Assembly (NCBI GenBank): GCA_044222065.1
Contig: JBGAOA010000047.1
Coordinates: 1-32,240 of the forward strand
From: Candidatus Eiseniibacteriota bacterium
GTDB taxonomy: Bacteria; Eisenbacteria; RBG-16-71-46
DNA: 32,240 nucleotides
Direction: 5' to 3'
The position numbers were made by a program, and so were the translations under genes. This document shows, one piece after another, positions 18,833 to 27,284 of this stretch (positions are counted from its first letter, which is position 1; each line of letters begins with the position of its first letter). Below the pieces are notes generated by a model, which did not search any database, had not been told where the DNA came from, and saw nothing but the letters and a program-made list of their open reading frames with translations.

Positions 18833-19887
18833 GCGGCGCGCGCCGCGTCGGGCCCGGGGACGCGCGCCTCGTCCTCGGCATCGAGACCTCGTGCGACGAC
18901 AGTTCGGTCGCGGTGCTCGAGGACGGCCGCACGCTGCGCGCGCACCTCATCGCCGCGCAGGACGTGCACAAGCTCTACGGCGGCGTGGTTCCGGAACTCG
19001 CCTCGCGCGCGCACCTCGCGCTGCTGCCGCCGCTCGTGCGGCAGGCGCTCGAGGACGCCGGGATCGAGGCGCGCGAACTCACCGCGATTGCCGTCACGCG
19101 CGCGCCGGGACTCGTCGGCTCGCTCGTCGTGGGCGTCGCGTTCGCGCGCGCTCTCGGCCTCGCGCTCGGCATTCCCGTCGCGGGCGTCAATCACATCGAG
19201 GGCCACCTGCACGCGGGCACGCTCGAACACGGCCCGAGCCCCGAGCCCGCGGTCGCGCTCGTCGTGAGCGGCGGGCACACCGAGATCGTCGAAGTGCGCG
19301 GGTTCGGCCGCTACCGCTGGCTCGGCAGCACGCGCGACGACGCGGCGGGCGAGGCGTTCGACAAGGTCGCGAAGCTGCTCGGCCTCGGTTTCCCGGGCGG
19401 GCCCGTGATCGACCGGCTCGCGCGCGAGGGACGGCGCGATGCGTTCGACTTCCCGCGCCCGATGCTCGACCAGCCGGGGTACGACCTGTCGTTCTCGGGA
19501 CTCAAGACCGCCGTGCTGCAGGCGCTCGCGGCGCGCGGCGGCGTGCCGGACGATCCCGCGCTCGTGCGCGATCTCGCGGCCTCGTTCCAGGCGGCGGTCG
19601 TGGACGTGCTCGTCGCGAAGAGCCTGCGCGCCGTCGAGGACACGGGCGCTCGTGCGCTCAACCTGGGCGGCGGCGTGGCGTGCAACCGCGAGCTGCGCGA
19701 GCGGCTCGCCGCCGAGTGCGCCGCGCGCGGCGTCGCGCTGCGCGTCCCGGCGCCGCGGCTGTGCGCCGACAACGCCGGCATGATCGCGCAGGTCGGCGCC
19801 TGGATGATCCAGCGCGGCGACCTGGGCCCGCCCGACGTCGAGATCGTCTCCTCGCTCGAGGAATCGGGGTTGCCGCTCGGCGCCTGA
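18829..19887 (+). CDS. tsaD: tRNA N6-adenosine threonylcarbamoyltransferase TsaD
   Basis: LGIETSCDDS, YGGVVPELASRAH, PGLVGSL, NHIEGH, VSGGHT, TRDDAAGEAFDK, SFSGLKT, GGVACN, DNAGMI. GTGA overlap with cutA. Confidence 0.96.
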   Translation: MSGARRVGPGDARLVLGIETSCDDSSVAVLEDGRTLRAHLIAAQDVHKLYGGVVPELASRAHLALLPPLVRQALEDAGIEARELTAIAVTRAPGLVGSLVVGVAFARALGLALGIPVAGVNHIEGHLHAGTLEHGPSPEPAVALVVSGGHTEIVEVRGFGRYRWLGSTRDDAAGEAFDKVAKLLGLGFPGGPVIDRLAREGRRDAFDFPRPMLDQPGYDLSFSGLKTAVLQALAARGGVPDDPALVRDLAASFQAAVVDVLVAKSLRAVEDTGARALNLGGGVACNRELRERLAAECAARGVALRVPAPRLCADNAGMIAQVGAWMIQRGDLGPPDVEIVSSLEESGLPLGA

Positions 19888-19953
19888 GCGGCGTTCGCGC
19901 CCGCCCGGGGCGCGTTTCGGGCGCTCGTCCGGGGCATCGGACCCGATTCGCGC

Positions 19954-19981
19954 TCAAGTCGTTGCCGGACTTTGCCGATCC
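19954..19981 (+). promoter_or_regulatory. Sigma28 (FliA/SigD/WhiG)-type promoter
   Basis: TCAAG-N15-GCCGATCC upstream of the REC-GGDEF gene. The same architecture recurs at 23456. Confidence 0.7.
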
Positions 19982-20076
19982 CCATTCGCGAAGGCATGCA
20001 CGGAGAGATCCTCGCCGCGGCGTCGCGACGCCCGGTGGGGCTCGGTCTCGATCGATCGACGTCCGGAGTTCCGCTC

Positions 20077-21045
20077 GTGACGAAGCCGACCATTCTGGTG
20101 GTCGAAGACGAACTGCACCTGCGCGAAGTCCTCCGCTTCCAGCTCGAGGCGGCCGGCTTCCAGGTGCTGCTCGCCGAGAACGGTCAGGAAGGCTTCGAGA
20201 AGGCCGGCCGCGAGCTGCCCGACCTCGTGCTCATGGACGTGATGATGCCGGTGTGCGACGGCTACGAGGCGCTGCGGAAGATGCGCAGCTCGTTCGGGAC
20301 GAAGAACATCCCGATCATCCTGCTCACCGCGAAGGCCGAGTCGAACGACAAGGTCTCGGGCCTCGAGGGCGGCGCGAACGACTACGTCACGAAGCCGTGG
20401 GACCACAAGGAGCTGATGCTGCGGATCCGCAACGTGCTCGAGTGGAGCCGCCAGCAGCGCTCCGCGAGCCCGCTCACGGGTCTGCCGGGTAACCTGTCCA
20501 TCAACGATGCGATCCATCGCCGCATCGAGGCGAAGCAGCCGTTCGCGCTGCTCCAGATCGACATCGACTACTTCAAGGCCTTCAACGACTACTACGGCTA
20601 CGCGCGCGGGGACGACGCGATCCGCCACGTCGCCGAGATCCTCGTGGACTGCAGCCACCATCACGGCGGCGCGGACAATTTCATCGGTCACATCGGCGGC
20701 GACGACTTCGTCATCCTGACGAGTCCGCAGCACGCGCAGGGACTGGGCGAGGAGATCCTGCAGCGCTTCGACGAGGTCGCGCGCGGCCTCTACGACTCCG
20801 AGGACCTGGTGCGCGGCTACGTCGAGGTGCGCAACCGCCGCCACGTCGTCGAGCGCTTCCCGGTGATGAGCCTCACGATCGCGCTCGTGAGCACCGATCG
20901 CTATCCGGTCGACCACCTCGCGCAGCTCATCGACGTCGCGCAGGAACTGAAGGCCCACGGCAAGGGCATGACCGGCAGCGTGCTCGTGAACGAGCGTCGG
21001 CGCGCGGCCGAGTCGGACGCGGCGCCCGGCCGGAACGTCGCCTGA
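20077..21045 (+). CDS. Response regulator with REC and GGDEF (GGDDF variant) domains
   Basis: GTG after GGAG. REC: VVEDE, MDVMMP, TAK, TKP. GGDEF: PLTGLPGN, DIDYFKAFND, GD, IGGDDF. Confidence 0.9.
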   Translation: MTKPTILVVEDELHLREVLRFQLEAAGFQVLLAENGQEGFEKAGRELPDLVLMDVMMPVCDGYEALRKMRSSFGTKNIPIILLTAKAESNDKVSGLEGGANDYVTKPWDHKELMLRIRNVLEWSRQQRSASPLTGLPGNLSINDAIHRRIEAKQPFALLQIDIDYFKAFNDYYGYARGDDAIRHVAEILVDCSHHHGGADNFIGHIGGDDFVILTSPQHAQGLGEEILQRFDEVARGLYDSEDLVRGYVEVRNRRHVVERFPVMSLTIALVSTDRYPVDHLAQLIDVAQELKAHGKGMTGSVLVNERRRAAESDAAPGRNVA

Positions 21046-21064
21046 CCCTCGAGGGGACACCACC

Positions 21065-23374
21065 ATGAACCCGTTGACGAGCTCGATTCCTTCCACCCGC
21101 GATCCCGCGGGAATGCTGCCGATGCTCGCCCAGGCGCTGCTCGCGCTGCGCAGCACGCGCGACCTCGGCGCCGCCGGCGCGATCGTCGGCTCCTGCATCG
21201 TGAACGCCCTCGAGGCGACCGACTACCGGCTGCTGCGCGTGGACGCGCGCAGCGGCGCGCTGCGCTGCCTCGACGGCTGCGGCGTCGAGACGCCGTACCT
21301 CGCCGAGCCCGACGGCGCCGTGCACCGCGTGCTGCAGGGCGTCGAGCCGCTCTACCTCGGGCCGGACGACCTCGAGAAGGTCTCGCCCGAGCCCGGCCTG
21401 TGGATCGGACCGCCGGCCTCGCTCATCGTGCTGCCGCTCCAGTCGGGCAGCCGCGTGCTCGGGCTGCTGCTCGTGGGCTTCGACCTGCCGACCGACGTGG
21501 ACGCGGTCGGACGCCAGTTCCTGCAGACGCTGTCCGACGGGCTCGCGCTCGCCTTCGAGCGCGCGGAACTGCGCCAGCGCGGCGCCGAGGACCACCGCCG
21601 CGTGCTCGAGCTCGAACACCGGCGCGCCGAGGGCGAGGAGATCTCCTCGAACCTGATGGCCATCGTCGCGGACGAGATCCGCACGCCGCTCACCGCGATC
21701 AAGGCCTACACCGAGGCGATGATCGAGCACCTCTCGAACCCGCACGCGCCGCGCGAGCGGTTCCTCGGCATCATCAGCGACGAATGCGACCGGCTGCAGC
21801 GGCTCGTCGGCGACGTGCTCGACCTGTCGAAGCTCGAGGCCGGCCAGCGCCCGCTCCGGCTCGCGCGGACGAGCCTCGAGTCGCTCGTGCGCGAGGTCGC
21901 CGACCAGCACTCGGCCGAGGCGCGCGGGCGCCACGTCGGGATCGAGACGAAGGCCGACGACGGGCTCGTCGTCGAGTGCGACCCCGACCTCGTGCGCCGG
22001 ATGCTCTCGAACCTCGTCGCGCACGCGATCAAGTTCTCGCCCACCGGCTCGACCGTGCGCATCGCGGCGAGCGCGCGCGGCGACGACTGGATCGCGACCG
22101 TCGAGGACGACGGCACGCCGCTGCCGCCCGAGGAGCTGCCGTACGCGTTCGAGCGCTTCTACCGCGGCCGGCCCGGCGTCGAGCAGGGCAAGGAAGGTTC
22201 GGGCCTCGGGCTCGCGATCGCGCGCGGCGTCGCCGAACTGCACGGCGGGCGCGTGTGGGCGCAGTCGCGCGGCGCGCGCGGCGTGCGCTCGTGCGTGCAG
22301 CTGCCGGTGCGCCAGGTCGCCTCGCCGCGGGCGCGCCGCATCGCGCGCCAGACCTGGAGCCGCTCCGACCTGCGCGAGCTGTTCCATCGCACCGTGGATC
22401 TCGTCGCCGCGTCCATGAGCGCCGAGATCGTGTCGTTCATGCTCGTGGACGCCGAGAAGGGCGACCTGTTCATCGCCGCCTCGCGCGGCCTCGAGGGCCA
22501 GAACCTGCTCGGCCGCCGCACGACGCTGCGTTCCGGCGTCGCGGGCGCGGTCGCGGCGCTCGGCCGGCCGCTGCTCGTCTCGAACATCGAGACCGACCGG
22601 CGCTTCAGCCGGCTCAACCATCCGCAGTACCGCACGAAGTCGCTGCTGTGCGTGCCCGTGCGCGTGGACGGCGAGGTGCTCGGCGTGCTCAACGTGAACA
22701 ACAAGAGCACCGGCGAGTGCTTCGACGAGGACGATCTCGCCGTGCTGTCGGCGCTCGTCGAGCGCATCGGCAGCGCGGTCGAGCGCGCGCTCGCGCATCC
22801 CGACAGCGAGCGCGTCGTCGCCGAGGCGATCGCGGCGGTCGAGAACGTGACGCGCCTCCAGCGCGAGCACCTGCTCGAGATCCGCGACGCCGTGCACCTC
22901 GCGCGCGCGACCGCGCGCGAGCTGAACATGCTCGAGCCCGACGTGGACCTGATCGGCTACGTCGCGAGCATCCACGACCTCGGCATGACGTCGCTCAAGT
23001 CGCGCGTCGCGCGGCCCGAGCCGCTCGACGAGGAAGGCCAGCGAGAGGTGCGGCAGCACCCGCAGGTGAGCGTCGAGATCCTGCGGCCGCTGGAATACCT
23101 GAGCAGCGTGCGCGACATCACGCTCGCCCACCACGAGCGCTGGGACGGCACCGGCTACCCGCACGGCGCCGCGGGGGCGGACATCCCGATCGGGGGGCGG
23201 ATCCTCGCGGTCGTGGACGCGTTCCTGAGCATGACGAGCGGCCGTCCGTACCGGAGCGCCCGCTCGCGCGAGGAGGCGGTCGGCGAGCTGCGCCACGAGG
23301 CGGGCCGCCAGTTCGACCCCGAGGTCGTCGAGGCGTTCCTGAGGGCCCTGGAGCGCGAGGCCGAGGCGGCCTGA
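21065..23374 (+). CDS. GAF - degenerate HisKA/HATPase - GAF - HD-GYP hybrid signalling protein
   Basis: H-box reads ADEIRTPL, N-box NLVAHAIKFS, G1 EDDGTP, F-box FERFYR, G2 GSGLGL. GAF2 has SLLCVPV...LGVLNVNNK...FDEDD. HD-GYP has IHDLG, QHP, HHERWDGTGYP, RPYR, QFDPEVV. Confidence 0.88.
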   Translation: MNPLTSSIPSTRDPAGMLPMLAQALLALRSTRDLGAAGAIVGSCIVNALEATDYRLLRVDARSGALRCLDGCGVETPYLAEPDGAVHRVLQGVEPLYLGPDDLEKVSPEPGLWIGPPASLIVLPLQSGSRVLGLLLVGFDLPTDVDAVGRQFLQTLSDGLALAFERAELRQRGAEDHRRVLELEHRRAEGEEISSNLMAIVADEIRTPLTAIKAYTEAMIEHLSNPHAPRERFLGIISDECDRLQRLVGDVLDLSKLEAGQRPLRLARTSLESLVREVADQHSAEARGRHVGIETKADDGLVVECDPDLVRRMLSNLVAHAIKFSPTGSTVRIAASARGDDWIATVEDDGTPLPPEELPYAFERFYRGRPGVEQGKEGSGLGLAIARGVAELHGGRVWAQSRGARGVRSCVQLPVRQVASPRARRIARQTWSRSDLRELFHRTVDLVAASMSAEIVSFMLVDAEKGDLFIAASRGLEGQNLLGRRTTLRSGVAGAVAALGRPLLVSNIETDRRFSRLNHPQYRTKSLLCVPVRVDGEVLGVLNVNNKSTGECFDEDDLAVLSALVERIGSAVERALAHPDSERVVAEAIAAVENVTRLQREHLLEIRDAVHLARATARELNMLEPDVDLIGYVASIHDLGMTSLKSRVARPEPLDEEGQREVRQHPQVSVEILRPLEYLSSVRDITLAHHERWDGTGYPHGAAGADIPIGGRILAVVDAFLSMTSGRPYRSARSREEAVGELRHEAGRQFDPEVVEAFLRALEREAEAA

Positions 23375-23455
23375 GGGCCGCCGGCGGCCGCCCCGGCGGC
23401 CGCCGCCCCCGTCCGGCGCCGGTCGGGGCTTCCGCCCCCCGGGGGCAGTTCGCTC

Positions 23456-23483
23456 TCAAGGTGCAAAGTGCGGACGCCGATAC
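23456..23483 (+). promoter_or_regulatory. Sigma28-type promoter
   Basis: TCAAG-N15-GCCGATAC. It shares the upstream TTCGC(G/T)CTCAAG with the 19954 site. Confidence 0.75.
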
Positions 23484-23489
23484 CGTGAT

Positions 23490-23785
23490 CGAAGCGGGTC
23501 GCAATCCGGCTCCGGCCGGTGCACGCGGATCGGGATCGTGACCGGCTTCGTTCGCTCCGAACGCGGCGCGAAAGCGCGTCGCGCGAAGCAGCCAAGGAAC
23601 CGGATGCGCCGCAGCGGGCGGCACACGAAGGCCAGACAGCGGAAGCGCTCCCGACGGGAAGCCGGCGCGGAGCGGGACCGGAACGACGCGACGACGGCGG
23701 AAGCGCCGGAACTCGCGAGGATTCGCACCGAGGGAGCGGCGCCGAAGCGGCGATCCGCGAACACGCGCGGGAGGTGACGGCAGCG
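23490..23785 (+). promoter_or_regulatory. Long GGA-rich 5' leader or possible CsrB/RsmZ-like RNA
   Basis: 14 GGA triplets counted on the + strand versus 5 TCC. Several lie in short hairpins, and the last overlaps the GGAGG RBS. Confidence 0.4.
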
Positions 23786-24181
23786 ATGGCGAAGGGAAGG
23801 ATCCTGGTGGTGGACGACGAGATCTACATCGTCCACATCCTCGACTTCAGCCTCGGCATGGAAGGCTACGAAGTGCTGACCGCGCTCGATGGCGAGCAGG
23901 CGCTGGAGAAAGCCCGCGCCGAGCGGCCGGACCTCGTCGTGCTGGACATCATGATGCCGAAGCTCGACGGCTACGAGACGTGCAAGATGCTGAAGAGCGA
24001 CGAGCGCACGAAGCACATCCCGGTGATCCTGCTGTCCGCGAAGGGACGGAACGTGGATCAGAAGATCGGGTTCGAGGTCGGCGCCGACGACTACATCACG
24101 AAGCCGTTCAGTCCGCGCAAGCTGGTCGAGCGCATCAACGCGATCCTCGGCCAGACGAATCCGCAACGCATGCAGGCCTGA
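23786..24181 (+). CDS. Single-domain response regulator (CheY/DivK-like receiver)
   Basis: ATG after GGAGGTG. ILVVDDE, LDIMMP, LSAK, DYITKP. The gene ends right after the receiver domain. Confidence 0.93.
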   Translation: MAKGRILVVDDEIYIVHILDFSLGMEGYEVLTALDGEQALEKARAERPDLVVLDIMMPKLDGYETCKMLKSDERTKHIPVILLSAKGRNVDQKIGFEVGADDYITKPFSPRKLVERINAILGQTNPQRMQA

Positions 24182-24206
24182 CGGTCCCCGCGGCCGTCCC
24201 CGCTCG

Positions 24207-24239
24207 AACGCCCGGCGAAGCGCCGGGCGTTTCTGCTTT
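24207..24239 (+). terminator. Rho-independent terminator
   Basis: AACGCCCGGCG-AAG-CGCCGGGCGTT followed by TCTGCTTT, just after the REC stop. Confidence 0.75.
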
Positions 24240-24339
24240 GGGGCGCGGCCCGGCTTGCGAAGGCGCGCGCGAGGCCGGAAGCTGCCGCCTCGCCGCGACG
24301 CGGCCGCCTCCGCACGCCACGAACCCCGCTCGAGTCGCC

Positions 24340-26340
24340 ATGTCCTTCGCGCACGTCGCGCTCCCGATTCCGCTCCGCCAGACCTTCGTCTATCGCGTTC
24401 CCGGCGACCTCGCGGCGCGCGCCCGTCCCGGTGCGCACGTCGCGGTGAAGTTCCGCGGCCGGATCGAGCGCGGATGGATCGTCGAGCTCGCGCGCGAGAG
24501 CGAGCGCGCGGACGCGCTCGCGATCGAGCGCGTGCTCGAGTCGCCGCCCGTCACGCCGCACCTGCTCGCGCTCGCCCGCTGGGTCGCCGAGTACTACGTC
24601 GCGCCGGTCGGCATGGCGCTCGCGGCGACGCTGCCGGGCGGCGTCGAGGGCTTCGAGCGCAGCCGGGCGCGCAAGCGCGCGGCCGAGGATCCGGTGCTCG
24701 CGATGGCGCTGCCCGAGCGGCGCGCGCTCACGGCCGACCAGCGAGCGGCGCTCGAGGCGATCCTGCCGGCGGTGAAGAGCGGCGGCTTCCAGCCGTTCCT
24801 CCTGCACGGGGTCACCGCGAGCGGCAAGACCGAGGTGTACCTGCGCGCCGTCGCGGCGGCGCGCGACGCCGGCGGCCAGGCGCTCGTGCTCGTCCCCGAG
24901 GTCGCGCTCGGCAGCCAGATCGTGCGGCTCTTCGAGCAGCGCTTCCGCGGCCGCGTCGGTGTGCTGCACTCGTACCTCGGCGTGGGCGAGCGGCGCCGCA
25001 ACTGGGAACTCGCGAGCCGCGGCGCGCTCGACGTCGTCGTCGGCGCGCGCTCGGCCGTGTTCGCGCCGCTGCCGAACCTGCGGCTCGTCGTCGTGGACGA
25101 GGAGCACGAGCCCGCTTACAAGCAGAGCGAACAGCTGCGCTACCACGGCCGCGACGTCGCGGTGCGGCGCGCCCAGATGCTCGGACTCCCGATCGTGCTC
25201 GGCTCGGCGACGCCGAGCCTGGAGTCGCTCGCGAACGCGGCGCGCGGCCGATACCGCCGCCTGTCGATGCCGAAGCGCGTGGACGGCCGGCCGCTGCCGC
25301 GCGTCCACGTCGTGGACCTGCGGCGCGAGCGCGCCGGCGACTCGCTCGTCTCGCCGGCGCTCGGCGCGGCGCTCGGCGAACGGCTCGCGCGCGGCGAGCA
25401 GGCGATGCTGTTCCTCAACCGCCGCGGCCACTCGCACTACAGCCAGTGCCGCGCGTGCGGCTGGGTCGCGGAGTGCGAGCACTGCGACATCGCGCTCACG
25501 CTCCACCTCGAGCCGCTCGAGTGGCGGTGCCACTACTGCGACACGCGCACGCCCGCGCGGCGCGAGTGCCCGAAGTGCCGGGCCGCGCTGCTGCGCTTCT
25601 CGGGCTCGGGGACGCAGCGCGCCGAACGCGAGCTCGCCGCGTCGTTCCCGAAGGCGCGCGTTCTGCGGCTCGATACCGACGTCGCCCGCCGGCGGACGAG
25701 CCCGGGCGAGATCGTCGCCGCGTTCGCGCGTGGCGATGCCGACGTGCTCGTCGGCACGCAGATGATCGCGAAGGGGCTCGACTTCCCGCGCGTGACGCTC
25801 GTCGGCGTGCTCGACGCCGACGTCGCGCTCCACCTGCCCGACTTCCGCGCGTCGGAGCGCACGCTGCAGCTGCTGCAGCAGGTGTCGGGACGCGCCGGGC
25901 GAGGCGCCGTCGCGGGCGAGGTGTTGGTCCAGACGTGCACGCCCGACCATCCCGCGATCGCCGCGTTCGTCACGGGCGAGACGCGCGCGTTCCTCGAGCG
26001 CGAGCTCGAGCTGCGGCGCGAGGCCGGCTACCCGCCGTTCCGCCGCATCGCGACGCTGCTGTTCTCGGGGCCCGACGCGAGCGAGGTGGACGCGCTCGCG
26101 GGCGCGACGGCCGATGCGTTGCGCGCGTCGCCCGCAGGCGCGTCCGTGGACGTGCTCGGCCCGGCGCCGCAGGCGCTCGCGCGCCTGCGCGGGCAGCACC
26201 GGCGTCACGTGCTCGGGAAGGGCGCGCACGCGGGGCCGCTGCGCGCGGCGCTCGAGGCCGCGCTCGCGGCGGCGGAGTCGGGCGGACGGCGGGCGAAGGC
26301 GCGAGTCGCCGTGGACGTGGATCCCGTGGACGTGCTGTGA
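24340..26340 (+). CDS. priA: Primosomal replication-restart helicase PriA
   Basis: LHGVTASGKTEVY, LVPE, GARSAVFAP, DEEHE, GSATPSLES, NRRG, four CxxC pairs, GTQMIAKGLDFP, QVSGRAGR, YPPF. Confidence 0.96.
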   Translation: MSFAHVALPIPLRQTFVYRVPGDLAARARPGAHVAVKFRGRIERGWIVELARESERADALAIERVLESPPVTPHLLALARWVAEYYVAPVGMALAATLPGGVEGFERSRARKRAAEDPVLAMALPERRALTADQRAALEAILPAVKSGGFQPFLLHGVTASGKTEVYLRAVAAARDAGGQALVLVPEVALGSQIVRLFEQRFRGRVGVLHSYLGVGERRRNWELASRGALDVVVGARSAVFAPLPNLRLVVVDEEHEPAYKQSEQLRYHGRDVAVRRAQMLGLPIVLGSATPSLESLANAARGRYRRLSMPKRVDGRPLPRVHVVDLRRERAGDSLVSPALGAALGERLARGEQAMLFLNRRGHSHYSQCRACGWVAECEHCDIALTLHLEPLEWRCHYCDTRTPARRECPKCRAALLRFSGSGTQRAERELAASFPKARVLRLDTDVARRRTSPGEIVAAFARGDADVLVGTQMIAKGLDFPRVTLVGVLDADVALHLPDFRASERTLQLLQQVSGRAGRGAVAGEVLVQTCTPDHPAIAAFVTGETRAFLERELELRREAGYPPFRRIATLLFSGPDASEVDALAGATADALRASPAGASVDVLGPAPQALARLRGQHRRHVLGKGAHAGPLRAALEAALAAAESGGRRAKARVAVDVDPVDVL

Positions 26341-26435
26341 GGGCGGTGTGCGCGCGCGCCACACCGTCGCGCGCGCGACACGCATCGCGACCGCGTCCAG
26401 CGCGCGTCAACCGCGCGTGGAATGCGCCGTGGTTC

Positions 26436-26465
26436 TTGACGTATCGCGAGTTGCGGACCTAGTCT
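26436..26465 (+). promoter_or_regulatory. Sigma70-type promoter
   Basis: TTGACG-N18-TAGTCT upstream of the HD gene. Confidence 0.55.
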
Positions 26466-26535
26466 GCGGCCTCTCTTTCGCGCCCTCTTAAGCCCGGGCC
26501 CGCTGGCATCGTTCCCGCACATGGAAGGCTCGCGA

Positions 26536-27261
26536 ATGACCCGTTCGAACCCGGTATCCCACAGCCCCGAAGGCGCCGCCGCGCCCGCCGTGGACGGCCA
26601 CCACCTCCTGTTCGCGCAGCTGCGCGAGATGCCGAAGGTGCGCCAGTACGTCCGCATGGCCGACGCCGCGCTCGAGCAGATCGGGTACACCGAACACGGC
26701 GAGCGGCACGTGAGCCTCGTCGCGAAGATCGCGTTCAACGTGCTCAAGCGGCTCGGCCACGAGGAGCGCTCGTGCGAGCTCGCCTCGATCGCCGGCTTCC
26801 TGCACGACATCGGGAACGCGGTGAACCGCGAGCACCACGCGCAGACGGGCGCCGTGATGGCGATGCAGCTGCTCACGGAGCTCGGCATGCCCGAGAACGA
26901 GATCCTCACCGTGATCGCGGCGATCGGGAACCACCACGAGAACGACGGCGACCCGGTGAATCCGGTCGCCGCCGCGGTGATCCTCGCGGACAAGAGCGAC
27001 GTGCACCGCACGCGCGTCCGCAACCCGGACATGATCAAGTTCGACATCCACGACCGCGTGAACTACGCGGTCGAGAAGAGCTTCCTCAACGTGGACGAGG
27101 CTCACAAGCTCATCACGCTGGAGCTCACGATCGACACGTCGATCTCGCAGGTCATGGAGTACTTCGAGATCTTCATGACCCGCATGCTGGCGTCCCGGAA
27201 GGCGGCGAAGTACCTCGGCTGCCAGTTCGGGCTGATGGTCAACGGCAATCGCCTCACGTGA
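26536..27261 (+). CDS. HD-superfamily metal-dependent phosphohydrolase
   Basis: GYTEHGERH, LHDIGN, HH, GNHHE, ILADKSD, DIHDRVNYAV. Start is 26536 (RBS GGAAGG) or 26521. Confidence 0.85.
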   Translation: MTRSNPVSHSPEGAAAPAVDGHHLLFAQLREMPKVRQYVRMADAALEQIGYTEHGERHVSLVAKIAFNVLKRLGHEERSCELASIAGFLHDIGNAVNREHHAQTGAVMAMQLLTELGMPENEILTVIAAIGNHHENDGDPVNPVAAAVILADKSDVHRTRVRNPDMIKFDIHDRVNYAVEKSFLNVDEAHKLITLELTIDTSISQVMEYFEIFMTRMLASRKAAKYLGCQFGLMVNGNRLT

Positions 27262-27284
27262 ACGAGGCGAGAAGGAGGACGGCC

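Noticed and set aside
23555..23640. Possible c-di-GMP-I (GEMM) riboswitch in the REC leader, suggested by a GAAA tetraloop stem
   Set aside because: The conserved GGCAAAC...GACGCAAAGC core and the tetraloop receptor are not visible. An Infernal search would settle it.
24340..24720. PriA appears short between the 3'-binding and helicase domains (winged helix reduced)
   Set aside because: This region is known to vary in length among PriA proteins, and all helicase and zinc motifs are intact.
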